Below are positions 29,172 to 37,675 of a stretch of 64,000 nt of DNA, piece after piece (within the stretch, counting starts at the first letter, position 1; every line of letters begins with the position of its first letter). The stretch comes from Candidatus Omnitrophota bacterium. GTDB taxonomy: Bacteria > Omnitrophota > Gorgyraeia > Duberdicusellales > 4484-171. The stretch covers positions 6,296 through 70,295 of the forward strand of contig JBDRAN010000002.1 of NCBI GenBank assembly GCA_043823745.1. The letters are read 5' to 3'. The notes below the pieces were generated by a model. The model ran no database searches. It worked only from the letters and a program-made list of their open reading frames with translations, and was not told the origin of the DNA. A program made the position numbers and the translations under genes.

Positions 29172-30803
29172 ATGAATATCTTTTTTATACTTAGCCTGCT
29201 TATTGCAATCACTAGTTTAGGATTATCTTTTTTTCTGCTGTCTAAAACATGGCAAAAACCGGTCAATAGAGTTTTTGGCCTTTTTGCTATCAGTATAGGA
29301 GTTTGGGGTTTAGGCGGGAGTGTCATATCTATTATCCCTAAAGCTAATTATCAATTAGCTCAGTTTTGGTGGCAAATTGCTTACACCGGTATAATTCTTA
29401 TACCTGTACTTTATGCACGGTTTATTTTTGAATTCCTCGATCTGAAGAGGAAATTTTTTATTCGTACCATGTATCTAATAGGATTAATTTTCTTATTGCT
29501 AAATTGGTTCGATGGATCAAGATTTTTCTTAGGTGATTTAAAATTTATGTTTGGTCAATTCTATTGGCATGACTGGATTGAATCAAAAAGTATAAGTTAT
29601 ATTATTTTTTATCTAAGTTTTTATTGGTGTCTTCTGAGTTATCCTTTCTTGCTTTTATTATTAAATTTCAAAAAAACAACGGGATTGCGACGCGAACAAA
29701 CGAAATATATTATTTTCGGATCTATATTTGGCTGGTTGGGGGGCGAATCAAATTTTCTGCCCGATTTTGGTATCAACATTTACCCCTTTCTCAACTTACT
29801 TACGCCTTTTTACACATTGATTGTTGCCTACGCCATCCTCAAGCATCGCCTCATGGACATAGACATCGTTATTAAGAGAACAACCGTTTACTCAATTCTG
29901 GTCTCCTTAATTACTATTCTCTATTTTACAATTATTTACATCACAGAATTACTCTTTCGACGGTTTGTTGGCTATAAATCAATACCCATGGCATTGGGTT
30001 TTATTTCTCTTTTTACTTTGATATTCCAACCTCTGAAGAATTTTATCCAGTCCTTTATAGACAAATATTTCTTCAAAGGCTCGCAAGCTACCCTAGCAGA
30101 AGAACTCCAAAAAGCGCAGGAAGAGCTAAAAAGGGCTGAACGTCTAAAGGCAGTAGGCACTCTTGCTGCCGGTATGGCGCACGAGATAAAAAATCCGTTA
30201 ACAGGGATTATGACATTTACGGAGTATCTGCCTACCAAGTATACGGACCCTGCTTTTATAGAAAAATTCCATAAAATAGTTTCTACGGAAGTAAATAAGA
30301 TAAACTCAATTGTCGAACAGCTCTTAGATTTCTCTAAACCAAAACCACTGAAATTACAAGAAGCTAATATACACAATATCATAGATCAGACACTTTCTCT
30401 GCTTAATAATGACATCATTAAGTACAAAATCAATGTGAGCAGAAATTACGACAACACCTTTCCTATGCTGCATATAGACCCTAACCAAATACAACAGGTA
30501 TTTTGTAATTTTTTCCTTAATGCCATTGACGCTTTAAAAGAAGGGGGTGAATTGACCATTGCTACCCAACAGCTACCAGATAATGCTGAAATCACTATCA
30601 GCGACACCGGCCAAGGTATCCCTAAGAAAGATTTAGAACATATCTTTGACCCATTTTATACTACAAAAGAGACAGGGACAGGCTTGGGGATGTCGATTAT
30701 TTACGGAATAATTAAAGAACATAAAGGCATTATTGGTGTAGAAAGTGAGGTAAATAAAGGAACGACGTTTACGATAAAATTACCTTATTGTATCAATTTT
30801 TGA
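29172..30803 (+). CDS. Polytopic membrane sensor histidine kinase (HK1)
   Basis: N-terminal about 300 aa with at least 6 TM helices ending in YAILKHRLMDIDIV. HisKA H-box AAGMAHEIKNPL. HATPase_c (GTGLGMSII). Confidence 0.85.
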   Translation: MNIFFILSLLIAITSLGLSFFLLSKTWQKPVNRVFGLFAISIGVWGLGGSVISIIPKANYQLAQFWWQIAYTGIILIPVLYARFIFEFLDLKRKFFIRTMYLIGLIFLLLNWFDGSRFFLGDLKFMFGQFYWHDWIESKSISYIIFYLSFYWCLLSYPFLLLLLNFKKTTGLRREQTKYIIFGSIFGWLGGESNFLPDFGINIYPFLNLLTPFYTLIVAYAILKHRLMDIDIVIKRTTVYSILVSLITILYFTIIYITELLFRRFVGYKSIPMALGFISLFTLIFQPLKNFIQSFIDKYFFKGSQATLAEELQKAQEELKRAERLKAVGTLAAGMAHEIKNPLTGIMTFTEYLPTKYTDPAFIEKFHKIVSTEVNKINSIVEQLLDFSKPKPLKLQEANIHNIIDQTLSLLNNDIIKYKINVSRNYDNTFPMLHIDPNQIQQVFCNFFLNAIDALKEGGELTIATQQLPDNAEITISDTGQGIPKKDLEHIFDPFYTTKETGTGLGMSIIYGIIKEHKGIIGVESEVNKGTTFTIKLPYCINF

Positions 30804-30851
30804 TACAAGAGGTTAATTCTATTCCATACGTATACGTACAATCAATAAATG

Positions 30852-30886
30852 GCGATTCTACTAGAATCGCTCTTTGACTTTTTTGA
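30852..30886 (+). terminator. Possible intrinsic terminator after HK1
   Basis: GCGATTCTA-c-TAGAATCGC inverted repeat followed by TCTTTGACTTTTTT. Confidence 0.4.
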
Positions 30887-30902
30887 CACAGTGACGCAGA
30901 CG

Positions 30903-30997
30903 GGAAAAAAGCGAAAAACTCATAATTTCATGATATAATCAACAAAATGGGTTTATCCGGCCTCATAAACGCAATAATCAAAACATTCATCATAAAA
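30903..30997 (+). repeat. Direct repeat copy B (about 95 bp): native promoter and 5' end of the AAR-like gene
   Basis: GGGAAAAAAGCGAAAAACTCATAATTTCATGATATAAT...ATGGGTTTATCCGGCCTCATAAACGCAATAATCAAAACATTCATCATAAAA matches 27817-27910. Confidence 0.85.
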
Positions 30998-32095
30998 TTA
31001 TTGCCTCGGTTTATCCTTCGGAAATTAGGCTACAATCGAGGAATCGCTTTTATTGCTAATCTTCCTAATACGGCTTCCGTGCCTCTTTCCGTACCTTTCA
31101 GAAAGCTGGTAATCGCAATAATGCGGCAACTTTCGCCGGTTGTTGTTTCTCCCCTAGGTGGTTTTAAGAATAAAGATGGGGCGGAGGTCAAGGGGTGGGT
31201 AATCCTTTGTCTGCTCACTGCCGCCGAAATTCTAACGCATGCAGATTTCGCAAGAAAACGAGTCGTGCAGGCCGCTTGCTTGGCAGAACGCATGGGCGTG
31301 GATATTATAACATTAGGCGCTTTTACCTCGATTGTAACGCATGACGGTTTGGACTTAATAGGTAAAACAAAAGTTGGGATTACAACCGGCAATCCATACT
31401 CCGCAATCGTGGCAATTCAAAATATGCGAGAGGCTGCTCGGTTGGTAAATTTAGACATTATCAATGCAACGGTCGCAATCGTCGGTGCTGCTGGGTCTGT
31501 TGGATCAGGTTGTGCTCAGTTTCTGTTAGGAAAGGTAAAAAAGTTTTTGCTTATAGATTGGCAATATAATGCTTTGCGCGAGTTATATGATACGATTAAT
31601 CCAAAATCTACTAGTGTTGAAATGTTAAAAGATGTTCAGGGTATTGCTGCGGCTGATATTGTTATTCTTGTCACAAGTTCTGTCACCGGAATTATCGGAA
31701 AAGACTTATTAAAACCAGGCGCAATAGTAATAGACGGCGCAAATCCCCCCAATATTTCTAATGAAACGCTAAAATCAAGAAGTGATATTCTTGTGATTTC
31801 TTCCGCAATCGTAAAGGTGCCCGGTTTGCGTCATCCTTTTAATTTTAATCTGGGCTCAGGGGAAACATTCGGCTGTGTCGGTGAAGCTTTTGCTCTTGCC
31901 TGGACAAAGCATAAAGGTAATTATGCATTAGGTAAGGTTAGCGTACAACAGATGCAAGATATTGAAAGTATCGCCAGCGACGCAGGCTTTACCATCGCTC
32001 CGTTTCGTAATTCTCTTGGCTTAATTTCCAAAGAACAGATTGCTCATGTCCGTAACATAATACATTCTAATTATTTGAATACTGCGATAAAATAG
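30947..32095 (+). CDS. Acyl-ACP reductase (AAR)-family protein, homolog of the cyanobacterial alkane-pathway reductase
   Basis: Blocks ITLGAFTSIV, ITTGNPYSAIVAI, ATVAIVGAAGSVGSGCAQFL, IVIDGANPPN and FGCVGEAFALAW match AAR recalled from memory (ISALGGFTSII, FTTGNTHTAYV, ATVAVVGATGDIGSAV, LIDGGYPKN, FACFAEAML). Apparently leaderless (TGaTATAAT 7 nt before the ATG). Confidence 0.65.
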   Translation: MGLSGLINAIIKTFIIKLLPRFILRKLGYNRGIAFIANLPNTASVPLSVPFRKLVIAIMRQLSPVVVSPLGGFKNKDGAEVKGWVILCLLTAAEILTHADFARKRVVQAACLAERMGVDIITLGAFTSIVTHDGLDLIGKTKVGITTGNPYSAIVAIQNMREAARLVNLDIINATVAIVGAAGSVGSGCAQFLLGKVKKFLLIDWQYNALRELYDTINPKSTSVEMLKDVQGIAAADIVILVTSSVTGIIGKDLLKPGAIVIDGANPPNISNETLKSRSDILVISSAIVKVPGLRHPFNFNLGSGETFGCVGEAFALAWTKHKGNYALGKVSVQQMQDIESIASDAGFTIAPFRNSLGLISKEQIAHVRNIIHSNYLNTAIK

Positions 32096-32117
32096 GCTTT
32101 ATAACCAAAAATAAAAC

Positions 32118-33194
32118 ATGCCTGCAAGAAAAAAACAATCAATAAACACAATAGTAGAAAAGATCGGTGAGAGTAAAAAACGAAAAATAATAATCGATTT
32201 TTTCTCTAAAGATATAGAAAATTTTGACCAGAGCATAAAGAATCTAGAGAAAAAAACACCCCTCAAGTCTTTCCCTAATAACAAAATTTGCTTATATGTT
32301 TTCCGACTTATGAATAAGTTATTAGATAAGGCACGAGTAATTGAAGAAATAATTAGCGATAAAACGCTTTTAAAAGCGATAAAGCAAGCGTTTAGAGAAC
32401 AAATAGAATATTTTCTTGGCAAGAGCACGTTAATGCGTTGGGGGTATTATAAACCCTCCGGGCATCCCGGCGACTATGAATTAATAGAAGCATTTTATGA
32501 TAATATGCCTCTTTCCAAAGGCATAGGTTTTTGTGGTGACAAATATATTCTTCAAGACGGCTATGTAGAAGCAGTTAAAATCAGAAAAGATTTGATGCTG
32601 CAAAAACTGGCTTCTTTTATAAAGGATAATACATCAAAACATCTAAATATTATGAATCTTGGGTGCGGATCAAGCAGGGAAATACGAGAGTTGTTTTCTA
32701 CTGCTCATGTCTTAATTCCTCGCGACAAAAGAATAACATTTACCTTAATTGATTGGGACGAAAAAGCTCTAGAGTTTTCAAAGCAATCGTTATTAAAATA
32801 TCGAAGTAACGATGCTATTGAATTCATATTTTTTAAGATAAACGTGCTCGATTTATATAAAAATTCTTCTCAATATACAAAAGCCCTGATGAAGCAGGAT
32901 TTGATTTATAGTATTGGTTTGGCAGATTATATGCCAAATTTAGTTTTTGGCGAAATAATAAAATTTTGTTTTAGTTTATTAAAAAAGAAAGGTACTCTAA
33001 CTATAGCGCACAAAAATATTAAAGTGCATAAAAGTGTTGCTTCCGATTGGGCATGCGATTGGCATTTTTATCCTCGCAGTATCGAGGATGTAATTAAAAT
33101 TATTGACGAAAGTTTTGAAGACCATAAACGTAAAGTAGAAACTGTCAGTGAAAAAACAAAGCATATTTTTTTCGTGGATATAAGTAAACCATGA
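32118..33194 (+). CDS. Class I SAM-dependent methyltransferase with an about 170-aa N-terminal extension
   Basis: Motif I LNIMNLGCGSSREI, acidic motif II (TLIDWDE), and a later motif (GTLTIAH). 358 aa. Confidence 0.6.
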   Translation: MPARKKQSINTIVEKIGESKKRKIIIDFFSKDIENFDQSIKNLEKKTPLKSFPNNKICLYVFRLMNKLLDKARVIEEIISDKTLLKAIKQAFREQIEYFLGKSTLMRWGYYKPSGHPGDYELIEAFYDNMPLSKGIGFCGDKYILQDGYVEAVKIRKDLMLQKLASFIKDNTSKHLNIMNLGCGSSREIRELFSTAHVLIPRDKRITFTLIDWDEKALEFSKQSLLKYRSNDAIEFIFFKINVLDLYKNSSQYTKALMKQDLIYSIGLADYMPNLVFGEIIKFCFSLLKKKGTLTIAHKNIKVHKSVASDWACDWHFYPRSIEDVIKIIDESFEDHKRKVETVSEKTKHIFFVDISKP

Positions 33195-35260
33195 AGTCAA
33201 ATTTTTATTTTGTGTCACATTTAGCCGCAGCATTACTTGTTCTGTTTTTTTCATTCTTTGTTTTTATAAAAAATAAAAAATCAAAAGTTAATCTTAGTTT
33301 TTCAATATTTGGATCAACAATTTTTAGCTGGCTTTTATTTTCTTCTTTTGCAGCTATTTCCGCCGAAAAAGAGATGAATCTTTTTTGGTTCAAAATGAGT
33401 TATATGGGTATTATTCTTATACCGCATACTTTCTTGTATTTTGTATCGTGCGTAACAGAAAAAAAGAATACTTTTATTATATTTTTCAGTTGGCTCTATG
33501 CCTTTAGTTTCATTCTATTGTTATGGTTTACTAATTTATTTATAGTCGGTATTTATGAATATCCTTGGGGGGTTTATCCTCGTGCTTTTCCAATCTCACA
33601 CCTTCTATTTTTATCATCATTTATTATTTTGTTTGTATGCGCAATCCGTGCTTTAATCTCGAGAGTGATTGAAAAAGCTAATGTTACTACAGAAAAATTA
33701 AGAGCCACTTATATACTTATGGGAACTTTATTCGGAGTTTGCGGAAGTGTAGATTTTTTAGCTAACTATGGGATAAACTTTTATCCTTCTGGCTTCATTT
33801 TTATGATACTTTATCCTTCGATTCTAAGTTATGCCATCCTCAAATACCGCTTAATGGATATTCGCGTTGCTTTAACCCGCGCGGGAATTTTCATTGCTGT
33901 TTATACGTTTGTTTTAGGCATCCCGCTTTTAATTGGTTTCAAAACAGATAAATGGCTCTGGGCGATGCTTTTAATGGGCGTTCTTTCAAGCGTAGGGCCG
34001 TTTGTGTATAGCTATTTACGCCAACAGATTGAAAATGCGATCTTTAAGGAACAACAAAGATATCAGCAAGCCATCAAAGAATTAGCTAAACGGATGGTAC
34101 AGATAAGAGACATGGCCACTTTGTCTAAGACGATTATTTCCGATGTGTTCAAAGTCGCGCAACCGGAATTTATTGTCCTGTACATATTTTCCAAAGATAG
34201 TAAATCATACGTACTCCAGGACAACAGTATAAAAAATAATTCTACGTTTGAGACAGACATTTCAGCGGATTCAATACTCGTAGAGAATTTATCCCGTAAC
34301 AAACGGCCGGTGATTCTTGAGAGCGGTTTTTCCTTAGATTTACCGCTGGAAACGCTTATTGTGCCTTTCTTCGCGGAAAGCAGCCTCTATGGCATAATGT
34401 TTATCGGTCCTAAGCCGAAAAAGGCTGTTTATATAGAATCAGATTTCATTGCTTTTGATATTCTTTCTTCTCAGGCGTCCTTAGCCATCGAAAATTGTCT
34501 CTTCTGGCAGGAGGAAAAAACTCGAATAGCAAAAGAAGAGCAGATAAAACGAATGCAGGCCATGGATCATTTCTCTGCGGCCATGGCTCATGAAATAGAC
34601 AATCCCATCACTGCAATAGCCGGGCAATTGCGTTTGATAGAGCTTATCCTTAGCGAAAAATTTAAAGACTTGATTCCTGCCCAAGACTTAGCTGAATTAA
34701 CTACTTATGCCGGTACAACGGTAACTAATCTTGGAAGAATATCGAAAATGATAAAGGCAGTAAGGGAATTTTCCAGGCAAGATACGGGCGAATTTTCGCT
34801 TTTATCAGTGGAGGAGGCTGTCGATTTTACTTTAGCGATAGTTGGGCCGCAGGTCAAATACAAAAAAGTATCTTTCACCAAAGAAATAGAAGATAACCTT
34901 TCTGTACGCGGCAACAGGATTTATCTGGCGGAAGCTTTGATGAACTTAATCGTCAATAGTATGCATGCGGTTCAAGATAAACCGGAGTGGCAGGGAAAAA
35001 TAGATTTAAAAGTTAAAAAAGCCGGTAGAGAAAAATGTCTTATTGAAATACGCGATAATGGTTATGGTATAAAAAAACATCTTCTTGAAAATATTTTCTT
35101 AGATTTTGTCAGCACTAAGGCTTCTTCTGAAGGAACGGGGATGGGGTTAGCTAGAGTAAGAAAAATAATCCAAATGCACAGCGGCAAAGTATGGGCGCAA
35201 AGTGAAGGCGCCGGTAAAGGGGCAACTTTTTTTATCGAACTTCCCTTGGCAGAGAAATAG
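33191..35260 (+). CDS. Polytopic membrane sensor histidine kinase (HK2), paralog of HK1 with an extra cytoplasmic (GAF/PAS-like) region
   Basis: The N-terminal TM domain ends in YAILKYRLMDIRVAL, the same motif as HK1. H-box SAAMAHEIDNPI. HATPase_c GTGMGLARV. 689 aa. 4-nt overlap with the methyltransferase. Confidence 0.85.
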   Translation: MKSNFYFVSHLAAALLVLFFSFFVFIKNKKSKVNLSFSIFGSTIFSWLLFSSFAAISAEKEMNLFWFKMSYMGIILIPHTFLYFVSCVTEKKNTFIIFFSWLYAFSFILLLWFTNLFIVGIYEYPWGVYPRAFPISHLLFLSSFIILFVCAIRALISRVIEKANVTTEKLRATYILMGTLFGVCGSVDFLANYGINFYPSGFIFMILYPSILSYAILKYRLMDIRVALTRAGIFIAVYTFVLGIPLLIGFKTDKWLWAMLLMGVLSSVGPFVYSYLRQQIENAIFKEQQRYQQAIKELAKRMVQIRDMATLSKTIISDVFKVAQPEFIVLYIFSKDSKSYVLQDNSIKNNSTFETDISADSILVENLSRNKRPVILESGFSLDLPLETLIVPFFAESSLYGIMFIGPKPKKAVYIESDFIAFDILSSQASLAIENCLFWQEEKTRIAKEEQIKRMQAMDHFSAAMAHEIDNPITAIAGQLRLIELILSEKFKDLIPAQDLAELTTYAGTTVTNLGRISKMIKAVREFSRQDTGEFSLLSVEEAVDFTLAIVGPQVKYKKVSFTKEIEDNLSVRGNRIYLAEALMNLIVNSMHAVQDKPEWQGKIDLKVKKAGREKCLIEIRDNGYGIKKHLLENIFLDFVSTKASSEGTGMGLARVRKIIQMHSGKVWAQSEGAGKGATFFIELPLAEK

Positions 35261-35275
35261 AAAGGAGGATTAATT

Positions 35276-35662
35276 ATGGAGAAGCGCAAGGTTCTTATAG
35301 TGGAGGATGAACAGGACATTTGCCAGTTTATGAAAAGGATGCTTGAATTAAAAGGATGCGAAGTTTTTACCGCTCTCACCGCGCAAGAAGGCTGGGAAAT
35401 TTTTCAAAGAGAAAAGCCCCAAGCTTGCTCTATCGATATTCTTCTTTCCCATTCAGAATTTGACGGCACAGAACTTTTAAGAAGAATAAGGCAAATAGAT
35501 AAAAACGTTTTGTGCGTAATGGTAACGCGTATCGATGACAAAAAAACTATGAATGAAGTGGAAGAACTAGGGATTGACGGAATTTTCATAAAACCTCCCG
35601 CGGCAGGAGAGCTGGATAATTTAATCGACCAGCTCGCGCATGGCAAAAGAAAGGAGGCATAA
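35276..35662 (+). CDS. Stand-alone response-regulator receiver domain (CheY-like)
   Basis: VLIVEDEQD acidic pocket, candidate phospho-Asp in SIDILLS, conserved Thr (CVMVT) and Lys (FIKP). 128 aa with no output domain. Confidence 0.75.
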   Translation: MEKRKVLIVEDEQDICQFMKRMLELKGCEVFTALTAQEGWEIFQREKPQACSIDILLSHSEFDGTELLRRIRQIDKNVLCVMVTRIDDKKTMNEVEELGIDGIFIKPPAAGELDNLIDQLAHGKRKEA

Positions 35663-35664
35663 CG

Positions 35665-36000
35665 ATGGCAAATCCATTACCAAATGAAGCTGAACTTTAT
35701 GCAAGAATGGAAAAAGAGCATATCAACGTGCATCCGCTTGTATGGGAATTCATTAATCATCATGTGAGAAATGATCTTAACTGGATTACGATGTGCATAG
35801 GTTTGCATCGTTCAACGCCGCGCTGGATACTGCGGCTTGCTTCTTCTCTTATCAGCCTCTTATACAAAATCTCCCGTCAACCGGGAGAGCCGCCCCCTGA
35901 TCTTTTGAGCGCTTTTAACGGCACTATTGAGAGAGTAAAAAATATCGACAGATTTTTAAAAAATTTGCGAGAGAAAACCTGTCCTGCTTACGATCTTTAA
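35665..36000 (+). CDS. Hypothetical protein, translationally coupled to the receiver
   Basis: 111-aa ORF starting 3 nt after the receiver stop. No recognisable motif. Confidence 0.4.
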   Translation: MANPLPNEAELYARMEKEHINVHPLVWEFINHHVRNDLNWITMCIGLHRSTPRWILRLASSLISLLYKISRQPGEPPPDLLSAFNGTIERVKNIDRFLKNLREKTCPAYDL

Positions 36001-36103
36001 TAAGGCAATTCCCCGCAGCTTGCTGCGCGGTAGTTCATTTGGTGCTTTACGATTCTGATCCTGACCCACTTGACACCTGTTAAAAGGATGTTAGACTACA
36101 TTC

Positions 36104-36376
36104 ATGCGAAAACGCGATATTGTATTAAAAATCAGCCAGGATACGGGTATAAAACAGGTTGTCGTTAAAGATGTAGTGCAACGCACGTTTGATACTATTT
36201 TTGAGACGCTTAAGAACGGGAATCGTATTGAGCTGCGAAATTTCGGTGTTTTCCTTGTTAAGAAAAGAAAGAAACGCATCGGTAGAAACCCTAAAACCGG
36301 CGCGGTCGTGCCCGTCCCTGAGAGACTCACCGTTGTATTCAAGCCTGGCCTGGGAATGAAGAAGGTCTTTAGATAA
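36104..36376 (+). CDS. HU/IHF-family DNA-binding protein
   Basis: 90 aa. Signature RNFGVF...R.GRNPKTG...V...F.PG beta-arm. Confidence 0.85.
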   Translation: MRKRDIVLKISQDTGIKQVVVKDVVQRTFDTIFETLKNGNRIELRNFGVFLVKKRKKRIGRNPKTGAVVPVPERLTVVFKPGLGMKKVFR

Positions 36377-36388
36377 CCCCACTGGTTC

Positions 36389-37675
36389 ATGAAAAAAACA
36401 TATAGTGGCGTACGGGGAACGACTGATTTTGCTCCACCAGCGGCAGCATTGTTTAGCGAAATATGCGTCCGCGCCCGAGCGATAGGTAACCTTTTCGGCT
36501 ACGAAGAGATTATATTGCCTGTTCTTGAAGAAGAGGGAGTTTTTAGCCGCGGCGTAGGGCAAACCAGCGACATCGTTGAAAAGCAGATGTTTAGGCTCGC
36601 GCGGCGTTCCGAAGAAGCATCAGGCGACATTGTGTTGCGGCCGGAAGGAACTGCGCAGGTAGTGCGATTCTATCTTGAGAACGCCCTCAACAAACAAAGC
36701 GACTTTTATAAGTTTTTTTATATCGGTCCGATGTTTCGCGGAGAGCGGCCGCAAAAAGGAAGGCTGCGTCAGTTTCATCATATCGGCGCCGAGGCTATCG
36801 GTTCAGACAGCGTGCATCTTGACGCGGAAATGATTATGCTGGCATTCGCCATACTTGAGGCGGCGGGAGTAAGAGACAAAGAACTCGTTGTCAATACCTT
36901 AGGGTGCGCTGCCGATAAAGAAAGATTTTCTCAGGCGCTTACGAACGATTTGCGTACGCATCAGGCTGCGTTATGTCCCGACTGCGGCCGGCGCCTTTCC
37001 AAAAACCCCTTGCGGGTTCTTGATTGTAAACAGGATCAATGCAAGCGCCTTGTCTCAACGTTGGGGCTTTCCGATAAGCATCTGTGTGAAGATTGTAAAC
37101 GGCAATTTAAGCTGTTGCGTGAACTTCTTGACGCATTGGCGATACCGTACCGGCATAATCCCCATTTAGTGCGCGGCCTTGATTACTATACGAATACGGT
37201 ATTTGAAATTACCTCAAAACGTTTGGGCGCGCAAGATGCGATCGGCGCCGGCGGCCGCTATAATAATTTAATCAGCCAATTGGGCGGCCCCGATGTTCCG
37301 GCGCTTGGCTTTGCGCTTGGTCTTGAGCGGGTGATATTGGCGCGCGAGGCGTCACAGGACGCCCGTGGTTTCGATGTTTTTGTTGTTTCGATCGGTGAAG
37401 CCGTGCGCGGCAAAGGGTTTAGCCTTTTGGGGGCAGTACGAGCCGCAGGTATTGCCGCGGATATGGATTATTGCGCGAAGTCGCTTAAAGCGCAAATGCG
37501 TTGCGCGACGCGCCGCGGCGCGCGTTTCGTGGTAATTATCGGCGAGGAAGAACAGAGGGAGAACGTTGTTGTGATAAAGAATATGGAGGCGTCAACGCAA
37601 GAGAAAGTTTCACAGGATGATTTTGTTGAATTCTTGCGTCAACGTATTACCGTTACACCCAGGAGCGTTCTATGA
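36389..37675 (+). CDS. hisS: Histidyl-tRNA synthetase
   Basis: Class II motifs ([14 protein letters not shown]) and an anticodon-binding domain. 428 aa. Confidence 0.85.
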   Translation: MKKTYSGVRGTTDFAPPAAALFSEICVRARAIGNLFGYEEIILPVLEEEGVFSRGVGQTSDIVEKQMFRLARRSEEASGDIVLRPEGTAQVVRFYLENALNKQSDFYKFFYIGPMFRGERPQKGRLRQFHHIGAEAIGSDSVHLDAEMIMLAFAILEAAGVRDKELVVNTLGCAADKERFSQALTNDLRTHQAALCPDCGRRLSKNPLRVLDCKQDQCKRLVSTLGLSDKHLCEDCKRQFKLLRELLDALAIPYRHNPHLVRGLDYYTNTVFEITSKRLGAQDAIGAGGRYNNLISQLGGPDVPALGFALGLERVILAREASQDARGFDVFVVSIGEAVRGKGFSLLGAVRAAGIAADMDYCAKSLKAQMRCATRRGARFVVIIGEEEQRENVVVIKNMEASTQEKVSQDDFVEFLRQRITVTPRSVL

